Assembly (NCBI GenBank): GCA_964600575.1
Contig: CAZRJH010000002.1
Location: 124,298 to 188,297, forward strand
Direction: 5' to 3'
DNA from: an uncultured Gammaproteobacteria bacterium
GTDB lineage: Bacteria > Patescibacteriota > Microgenomatia > UBA8517
DNA length: 64,000 bases
In this document: piece after piece, positions 1 through 6,863 of the stretch
Position numbering within the stretch: position 1 is the stretch's first letter
How the letters are laid out: each line of letters opens with the position of its first letter
The notes under the pieces: model-generated
What the model was told of the DNA's origin: nothing
Seen by the model: the letters and a program-made list of their open reading frames with translations, nothing else
The model's database searches: none
Made by a program: the position numbers and the translations under genes

Positions 1-1359
1 CTTAAGGAGGTGGGCGCATTGGATTTTGATGACCTTCTTATAAAAACGGTTGTACTTTTTAAAGAATCTCCACCAGTCTTAAGTAAGTGGAATCAAAGGC
101 TAACTCATATTTTTGTAGATGAATGGCAAGACACAAACAAAGTTCAATATACTTTAACCAGGTTGTTAGTAGGATTAGGTAGGAATTTAACTGCGGTCGG
201 AGATGCTTCCCAATCTATCTATTCTTGGAGAGGTGCCGATTATAGAAATATTAATTATCTAATACGAGATTACCCTGACATTAAAGTAATAAATCTCGAA
301 CAAAACTACCGATCTACTCAAAATATTTTGGAGGCTGCCAACATGGTAATTTCCAAAAACACAGGACACCCCGTACTCAAGCTTTGGACAGATAAAAACA
401 AGGGGGACCGTCTCAAGCTCTATAGCGCCAGAAACGGTTTTGACGAGGCTGATTTTGTTGTTAAAGAAGTTAAATCCAAAGGAAATTATTCCGAAACTGC
501 AGTTTTATATAGAACAAATGCTCAATCGCGCGTTTTAGAAGAGGCGTTTATTCACCAGGGAATTCCTTACACCTTGGTTGGAGGTGTGAAGTTTTATGAT
601 CGCAAAGAAGTAAAAGATGTCATTAGTTTTATAAGATACCTTTTTAATCATAAAGATTCGGTTTCCAGAAAAAGAATTGAAAAAATCGGCATAAGGCGCT
701 TTGAAAAGCTAGAGACCCTTTTGGATGACGCCAAATTGATGAAGGATCTTCCTACAATCGAGGTTTTTGATATTGTTTTAGAAAAAACAGATTACCTGGC
801 ACTGTTTCAGAAACAAACTGAGGAAAATTTGGCAAGACTAGAGAACATAAAAGAGTTAAGAAGCGTTGCTGCAGAGTTCCCCAAGATAGACGAATTTCTG
901 GAGAATGTAGCACTTGTAGAGGCCCAACAGGACTCGGATAAACATGTTGCCTCCAGTAAAATCAGAAAAGATGCAGTTACTCTTATGACCCTGCATGCAG
1001 CCAAGGGTTTGGAATTTCCGACTGTGTTTTTAGTGGGCCTCGAAGAAGGAATATTTCCACACAGCCGATCTTTGATGGATTCGGGCCAATTGGAAGAAGA
1101 AAGGCGCTTAGCCTATGTTGGAATAACGCGAGCCAAGGAAACCTTATACCTAAGTTATGCATCTTCCCGCCTTTACTTTGGAGAAAAGCTAAGCAATCCA
1201 CCTTCCAGATTCATAACAGATATTCCCGAAGGTTTGTTGGAAAATATAGGTGGCGGCAGTTTTTCGTCGGTTAATAGTTATGACTTGGGTGGCATAGATG
1301 ATATAAAAGGCACCTTTGACGATATAATAGATAAATATCTCGATTTAGATAAATCGTAG
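1..1359 (+). CDS. pcrA: ATP-dependent DNA helicase PcrA/UvrD (5'-truncated by window edge)
   Basis: SF1A motifs VDEWQDTN, VGDASQSIYSWRGA, LEQNYRST, TLHAAKGLEF, EEERRLAYVGITRA; frame is open from base 1. Confidence 0.93.
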   Translation, partial: LKEVGALDFDDLLIKTVVLFKESPPVLSKWNQRLTHIFVDEWQDTNKVQYTLTRLLVGLGRNLTAVGDASQSIYSWRGADYRNINYLIRDYPDIKVINLEQNYRSTQNILEAANMVISKNTGHPVLKLWTDKNKGDRLKLYSARNGFDEADFVVKEVKSKGNYSETAVLYRTNAQSRVLEEAFIHQGIPYTLVGGVKFYDRKEVKDVISFIRYLFNHKDSVSRKRIEKIGIRRFEKLETLLDDAKLMKDLPTIEVFDIVLEKTDYLALFQKQTEENLARLENIKELRSVAAEFPKIDEFLENVALVEAQQDSDKHVASSKIRKDAVTLMTLHAAKGLEFPTVFLVGLEEGIFPHSRSLMDSGQLEEERRLAYVGITRAKETLYLSYASSRLYFGEKLSNPPSRFITDIPEGLLENIGGGSFSSVNSYDLGGIDDIKGTFDDIIDKYLDLDKS

Positions 1360-1399
1360 ATAAATATCTCGACTCTAGCGAGTCATAAGATAAATATCT
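1329..1399. repeat. Three copies of near-palindrome AGATAAATATCT (1329, 1358, 1388) with hairpin-forming spacers
   Basis: Read directly; period 29/30 bp; spacers contain CGATTTA-ga-TAAATCG and GACTC-tagc-GAGTC. Confidence 0.85.
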
Positions 1400-1404
1400 T
1401 CAAA

Positions 1405-2355
1405 ATGATGACTAATAATCTCAACAAAATTGCCACACACCCTCTGCAAACCTCTTACTGGGCAGAGTTCAGACGCAAATGGGGGAACGAAGTTCTAGAA
1501 ACCGAGTTTGGAATTTTGACACTTCATAAAATTCCATACACAAAATACAAAATTGGAATGTTCATTAAAGGCCCTTCTCCAACAAAAAGTATGCTTGAAA
1601 AATTGAGAGACATTGGTAAAAAGAATAATTTGATTTTTATTAAAATGGAACCCAATGCAGAAAAGGATGAGGACCTGGAAAAATTGTTGGAAAACTCGGG
1701 TGCGGTACCGGGTAAAACACTTTTTACACCAACAACTTTTTGGATAGACCTAACTCCAAGTGAGGATGAACTTTTTAAAAGTTTTCATTCCAAAACCAGA
1801 TACAATATTCGTTTAGCTCAAAAAAATGGAGTGGTAATAAAAGAAGACGATACTGAAAAAGCTTTCGATAAATATTTAGAACTCACAAAAGAGACAGTGG
1901 AAAGACAGGGTTTTTTTGCACACACAGCCAAATATCACAGGCTAATGTGGGAGACACTCAGGAAAGCAGGTATTGCTCATCTTATGACCGCTTTGTATCA
2001 AAATGAAACAATAACCACTTGGATATTATTTGAATGGCAAGGGTTTCTTTATTACCCGTACGGAGCGTCCACCGAAAAACACAAACAGATTATGGCAAAT
2101 AATTTAATGATGTGGGAGGCTATAAAATTCGGTAAAAAAAGAGGACTTAAAACTTTTGACTTGTGGGGAAGAGAAGAAGGAAAAGGTTTTACAAAGTTCA
2201 AAGAAGGCTACAGCCCCAAGGTTGTTGAGTTTCTTGGGACTTGGGATTTGGTTATAAATAAAAATTTATATACTTTTTATAGACTGGCAGAAAAAGTGAG
2301 ATGGCCACTTCTAAAAATTTCAGCAAAAATAGGACTTTCTAGACACAGGTTTTAA
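1405..2355 (+). CDS. FemX/FemAB-family lipid II aminoacyl transferase
   Basis: HPLQTSYWAEFR, KTRYNIRLAQKNGV, YYPYGAS, LMMWEAIKFGK, GFTKFKEGY. Confidence 0.88.
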   Translation: MMTNNLNKIATHPLQTSYWAEFRRKWGNEVLETEFGILTLHKIPYTKYKIGMFIKGPSPTKSMLEKLRDIGKKNNLIFIKMEPNAEKDEDLEKLLENSGAVPGKTLFTPTTFWIDLTPSEDELFKSFHSKTRYNIRLAQKNGVVIKEDDTEKAFDKYLELTKETVERQGFFAHTAKYHRLMWETLRKAGIAHLMTALYQNETITTWILFEWQGFLYYPYGASTEKHKQIMANNLMMWEAIKFGKKRGLKTFDLWGREEGKGFTKFKEGYSPKVVEFLGTWDLVINKNLYTFYRLAEKVRWPLLKISAKIGLSRHRF

Positions 2356-2394
2356 AACTTCCAAGCCAAAGATATTGCATATATACTATTTACA

Positions 2395-3624
2395 ATGCTC
2401 AAAAAAGGTCTCATTTTTGCGGGTTTAGTAATTTTTTTGGGAGTAGCTTTAACATTACTATTTATCAACCAATACAGACTCCAGGAAGGTCCCTCTGTAG
2501 ATAAAGCAGAAATCTTTAACGGGGAGGGGTATGTTCCAAAAGATATTTCAAAGTACCAAATCTCCGAAGTCGCAAACAAGCTTGCATCCCCGACTCGCTT
2601 AAAAATAACCCCGGACCAAGAAACACTTCTGGTAACTCAAATCACCGGTGAACTTATTGCTATACCGCGAGACAAAGATGGTTGGTCCAAAAAACCATAC
2701 CTCGTATCTAGAACAAAAACGAGTTTTCCCGGGTTTCCGCCAGATGAGGCAGGATTGGTTGGGCTGGCATTTTCCAATAACTTTTCTAAAAACAAAACCG
2801 CCTTTTTGCTTTATAACTTCAAACAAAAGGACGGTAAAGTTCAAAATCGGATCAATAGCATAAAACTCGTAAATTTATTTGGTCGAGTGATCGGAATAAA
2901 TCAAAAGCAAATATGGCAAGCTAATGTTTTTGGCACGGGTTCGCATCAGATTACAGACGCCGCACCTGTGCAATTTAACGATGAAGATAGAATAATTTTT
3001 GCGATTGGTGAAGGTTTCGACGGAAAAAAAGCCCAAGACCCAAAGCTTGATGCAGGAAAAATACTTTCGATAAAAGAAGATGGTTCAAGTCCTGTTATGC
3101 ATGCGTTAGGGCTAAGAAACGGATATGTTTTTTCAAAAAATATTTATGACAAGGAAGGAAAATTCCTGATTTCCGATACTGGTCCGGATAAATATGACAG
3201 ACTTATTTATACAAACCCTTTGCTTTCAAATAGCATTAATTTGGCCTGGGACGGAAATCAAGACAGTCTTCTTACAAAAATCGCAGATCCAAACGACAAA
3301 TCCGTATCAGATATTGTTATAACCAGACTACCAGAAACAAAAACATTCACAGGAATTGGATTTACCGGCGAAAACAAAGTGTATCTGACACTTTTTGGAA
3401 AAACAGGAAGTAAAGAAAACTCTCAGGGAAAACAAATTCTATTGGGCAAATTTACTACAAGACCACAACCAAAAATAGAAACGGAAGTAATAATAGAAAG
3501 GAATCCTGCGGCAAACGGTTTTTTTGGAAACCCGATAGGACTAGAAATTGATCCGAATGATAATTCCGTGCTTTTTGCAGACATAATGGAAGGAAAAATT
3601 TATCAAATTTCCGAAAGGAGGTGA
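2395..3624 (+). CDS. Membrane-anchored PQQ-dependent sugar dehydrogenase-like (GSDH) beta-propeller
   Basis: N-terminal TM; EAGLVGLAFS, AQDPKLDAGKILSI, ALGLRNG, DTGPDKYD resemble the soluble glucose/sorbosone dehydrogenase family. Confidence 0.7.
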   Translation: MLKKGLIFAGLVIFLGVALTLLFINQYRLQEGPSVDKAEIFNGEGYVPKDISKYQISEVANKLASPTRLKITPDQETLLVTQITGELIAIPRDKDGWSKKPYLVSRTKTSFPGFPPDEAGLVGLAFSNNFSKNKTAFLLYNFKQKDGKVQNRINSIKLVNLFGRVIGINQKQIWQANVFGTGSHQITDAAPVQFNDEDRIIFAIGEGFDGKKAQDPKLDAGKILSIKEDGSSPVMHALGLRNGYVFSKNIYDKEGKFLISDTGPDKYDRLIYTNPLLSNSINLAWDGNQDSLLTKIADPNDKSVSDIVITRLPETKTFTGIGFTGENKVYLTLFGKTGSKENSQGKQILLGKFTTRPQPKIETEVIIERNPAANGFFGNPIGLEIDPNDNSVLFADIMEGKIYQISERR

Positions 3625-3629
3625 AACTA

Positions 3630-3992
3630 ATGAATAAAATAATAATCGTTGTTGTTGTCTTGTTGATGGGGGGGCTCGGATATTTCTTTTTAAATAAACC
3701 GAGTCAATCAAAACCTGAACAAACAATTGTCGAAACATCAACGGGTGCAGATGTTGTAATAAAAGACTTTAAATTTAATCCAGGGACATTAACAGTTAAA
3801 CCTGGCGAGGTTGTATCGATTGTTAATAAAGATGTAGCTGGTCACTCGTTTACAGCCGATGACGGTTCTGTAGATACAGGCGTACTTTCCCAAAATGCTG
3901 ACGGTAGTATTACAGCACCTTCAAAGCCGGGAACATACAAGTTTCATTGCATTCCACATCCTTCAATAACCGGAGTCTTGGTTGTTGAATAA
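3630..3992 (+). CDS. Secreted/anchored cupredoxin (plastocyanin/amicyanin-like)
   Basis: Strong SD AGGAGGTG 6 nt before ATG 3630; N-terminal TM; HSFTADDG and YKFHCIPHPSITG type-1 copper ligands. Confidence 0.85.
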   Translation: MNKIIIVVVVLLMGGLGYFFLNKPSQSKPEQTIVETSTGADVVIKDFKFNPGTLTVKPGEVVSIVNKDVAGHSFTADDGSVDTGVLSQNADGSITAPSKPGTYKFHCIPHPSITGVLVVE

Positions 3993-4009
3993 CTGCTATA
4001 CTTTGCCTG

Positions 4010-4894
4010 ATGATAGACATCAGGCAAAGTCGGGCTTATGCAAGATTTGTGGAAGCAGAGGGATGGAAGGTAGAGAGAATCCGTGAAACCAATTACTTCA
4101 TTCGGAAAATATTTTTCTTAGGCTCAATACTGAAGCTTCAAAGGCCGCAAAAAATCGATTTTAATGTAATATCAGATTTATGCCGTAAATACGGCGTTTA
4201 TCAAATAATAGTTGAGCCGAACTTAGCTTCCGGTTCCGTCTCCGCAACTAATCATAGTTTATTGTTGCATAAAGGCTTTAGGCTTGCCAAAAGCACATAT
4301 TTACCCTCAAAAACACTTCAAGTTAACCTAAAAAAACCGATAGGAAATATATTCGAGTCCTTTAAGAAAGATGCAAGGCAGGCTGTGAAAAGGGGAGAGC
4401 ACATAAAAACTAAAGATTACTCGACCGCTCAGGAAATAAAAGAATTTAGGAAATGGTGGAAAAAATCAGTTAAATACGACCGTTATGTGCCAAGTCTGGA
4501 AAGTTTAATTAATCTAAAAAAAAGTTTTCCACAACGGAACACCCTTTTCCTTGCGTCGCACAATATTTCTGGCAGAATTATAGGTGGAGCGATTTTCACG
4601 ATTTCCCATGAAAAAAATGATATAGTTTGTTACTATTGGCAAGCATTTACAAGCACTGAGGGTCGTACCTCCCTCTCCCAATACTCACTCCTCTATCAGG
4701 GAATACTATGGGCTAAAAGAACGGGTGCGAGCGTTTTTGACTTTGAAGGAATTTACGATGAAAGGTTTCCAAATAAAAGCTGGTATGGATTCACACACTT
4801 TAAAAAATCATTTGGAGGCTCCCCTGTTGAGTATCCGGGATGTTATATTAAATACAACTTATTAGGCCGATTTCTTGCAAAAAATGAAATATAA
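4010..4894 (+). CDS. Second FemX/FemAB-like GNAT protein
   Basis: DIRQSRAYARF, FKKDARQAVKRG, FDFEGIYDERFP, GFTHFKKSFGG. Confidence 0.8.
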   Translation: MIDIRQSRAYARFVEAEGWKVERIRETNYFIRKIFFLGSILKLQRPQKIDFNVISDLCRKYGVYQIIVEPNLASGSVSATNHSLLLHKGFRLAKSTYLPSKTLQVNLKKPIGNIFESFKKDARQAVKRGEHIKTKDYSTAQEIKEFRKWWKKSVKYDRYVPSLESLINLKKSFPQRNTLFLASHNISGRIIGGAIFTISHEKNDIVCYYWQAFTSTEGRTSLSQYSLLYQGILWAKRTGASVFDFEGIYDERFPNKSWYGFTHFKKSFGGSPVEYPGCYIKYNLLGRFLAKNEI

Positions 4895-5291
4895 AACTAT
4901 TTGTGCAATTGTAGTAAACGATAATGGCGATATCTTACTAACAAAGCGCAACAGAGAACCTTTCTCCGGAAAATGGGCGTTATTCAGCGGCATTGGAGAG
5001 TCTAAAAAAGGATTTACACCTGAAGAAGGTGTTGCAGAGGAGGTTCGCTGCGACCTGGGAACAAACTCCTTTACAGGCAAAAGAATATTCTCTGTGCCCA
5101 TAGAAGACGATCCTGTAACAGACGATACTGTCGTTTTCGTAGGAAGTATAAACGAAAACGAAGTGTCTCCCGATCCTGTTTTTTCGCAAGGAATTAAATG
5201 GGTTCCAATAACCAACTCAAACGAGTTTGAAGATATGGCATTTGAACACACAAAGATTATCAATAAATATCTAGAAACTTTACAGAAGTAG
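4884..5291 (+). CDS. NUDIX-fold protein with degenerate Nudix box
   Basis: ILLTKRNREPFSGKWALFSG and terminal MAFEH are typical of NUDIX; box reads GESKKGFTPEEGVAEEVRCDLG. Confidence 0.75.
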   Translation: MKYKTICAIVVNDNGDILLTKRNREPFSGKWALFSGIGESKKGFTPEEGVAEEVRCDLGTNSFTGKRIFSVPIEDDPVTDDTVVFVGSINENEVSPDPVFSQGIKWVPITNSNEFEDMAFEHTKIINKYLETLQK

Positions 5292-5316
5292 GTAAAGAAA
5301 CTAAAATTTATAGACA

Positions 5317-5496
5317 ATGAACAACAAACAAAAATTGATGTTAATTTCGGTATTTTCACTTATTTTTGTTAATTGGCTATCTATAAACGAACTTATGGGA
5401 GCCAGATCCATTAGGGAATGGGTAATGGTTTTGGGAACAATTTCCACTTTTATGTACTTTGTGGACGATCTGACTAAAACCAAAAATAAAAAATGA
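5317..5496 (+). CDS. Small 59-aa two-helix membrane protein (absent from ORF track)
   Basis: MNNKQKLMLISVFSLIFVNWLSINELMGARSIREWVMVLGTISTFMYFVDDLTKTKNKK; stop overlaps next start as ATGA. Confidence 0.6.
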   Translation: MNNKQKLMLISVFSLIFVNWLSINELMGARSIREWVMVLGTISTFMYFVDDLTKTKNKK

Positions 5497-6260
5497 AGGA
5501 TACGCCCCAGGTAGCAATTCCTGTAATCAGAGATTCAAAAGGTAACTTCTTACTCATAACTCGAAGCGAATACCCGGAACACAAAAACGAATGGGGCCCT
5601 ATTGCGGGACATGTCAAAGAAAAAGAAACAATACAAGAAGCACTAATTAGGGAGTCTCTGGAAGAACTTGCACTCAAAGTTATACCTCTAAAGCAAGTTG
5701 CAGTTATTCCACAAGATATAGGTAAGGACATCGGACACTGGTGGTTTTGCGATGTTTTGTCGGGAGAAATTAAACCAAACCACGAGATAGATAATTACAA
5801 ATACTTTTCTAGTGAAGAAATAAAAGACCTTAAACTATGGCCAGCAACCAGAAAATTTTTTGAGAACTTTATTTGGTCCAAAACTTGGAACCTTAAATTT
5901 TCATCACTTCATTCCCCCGATGACATTCTTAATCTTATTGAAAACGGTCAAAAAACTATTGAAACCAGATCAAGAAATCCCAACGACGGCTTTAACGATT
6001 ATACAAACGTAAAACCCGGAGATACATTACACTTTATCTCGACGGATACGGATAAAGAAATAGAAAAAATTGTAACTTTTAACCACATCTATGATTCTAT
6101 CGAAGAAATGCTCTCTATAGAGAACCCCGAAGAAATTCTTCCCGGAATAGGATCTAAAGAAAATATGTTAAAACAATACGAAACAGCAAAATCTAAATGG
6201 GGTAAAAAATATAAATATGAACTTGAAAACTATGGAATTGTTGCTTTAGGTTTTAAATAA
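5493..6260 (+). CDS. NUDIX hydrolase fused to ASCH (PUA-like) domain
   Basis: Nudix box GHVKEKETIQEALIRESLEELAL; ASCH motif IENGQKTIETR...VKPGDTLHF...YGIVALGF. Confidence 0.8.
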   Translation: MKDTPQVAIPVIRDSKGNFLLITRSEYPEHKNEWGPIAGHVKEKETIQEALIRESLEELALKVIPLKQVAVIPQDIGKDIGHWWFCDVLSGEIKPNHEIDNYKYFSSEEIKDLKLWPATRKFFENFIWSKTWNLKFSSLHSPDDILNLIENGQKTIETRSRNPNDGFNDYTNVKPGDTLHFISTDTDKEIEKIVTFNHIYDSIEEMLSIENPEEILPGIGSKENMLKQYETAKSKWGKKYKYELENYGIVALGFK

Positions 6261-6523
6261 TGACAAGCCATCAACTGAAAGTTAATAAAGATTTTTTTGA
6301 AAAAATATTGTCCGGAGACAAAAATTTTGAAATAAGACTAGGCGACAAACAATACAAAGTGGGCGACGTCCTTATACTTATAGAGAAGGATCCGTTAACA
6401 AATAACCTAACCGGCAGGACTGTCAAAAAAACAGTCACATATTCCAGAAATACAAAGGATATTAGTCATTGGACAAAAGAGGAAACGGAAAAGTACGGTC
6501 TTCAAATAATTGCCTTTAAATAA
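6260..6523 (+). CDS. Stand-alone ASCH/DUF3850-like protein
   Basis: HQLKV...FFEKILSGDKNFEIRLGDKQYKVGDVLIL...TGR. Confidence 0.82.
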   Translation: MTSHQLKVNKDFFEKILSGDKNFEIRLGDKQYKVGDVLILIEKDPLTNNLTGRTVKKTVTYSRNTKDISHWTKEETEKYGLQIIAFK

Positions 6524-6543
6524 TCCCGGTAATAGAATACCCC

Positions 6544-6861
6544 ATGTCGGAAAGATATTATAAAACCATGATTGTTGCACCGGGTTTTGAGTACAGAGAT
6601 GAGAACTTTGTGGAACCCTCACCTTTTGGTGGAGCACTAGAGGCTCCCATATCGGAAATAGCGAAAGAACTACATATACACCAAGGTGACGGCAAAACCG
6701 CCATCTATCTTGAAAGCCCCGCAACAGGAGGCCCGTTTGTGGTTTCCCACCAAGGAAAAGAAACCCTTCTTGTGCCGGGTGAGGTGGCTTTGTTCGAAAG
6801 CTGCAAAATAACCCTGTTTATAAAGAAACTGGACCACATACAGATAATTATTCTGGAGTGA
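6544..6861 (+). CDS. Hypothetical protein (weak FHA-fold resemblance)
   Basis: 105-aa ORF with TAGAAT 5 nt upstream; beta-rich. Confidence 0.5.
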   Translation: MSERYYKTMIVAPGFEYRDENFVEPSPFGGALEAPISEIAKELHIHQGDGKTAIYLESPATGGPFVVSHQGKETLLVPGEVALFESCKITLFIKKLDHIQIIILE

Positions 6862-6863
6862 TG

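Noticed and set aside
1329-1399. Mini CRISPR array
   Set aside because: Repeats are 12-15 bp and spacers 17-18 bp, far below CRISPR sizes; no cas genes in the window
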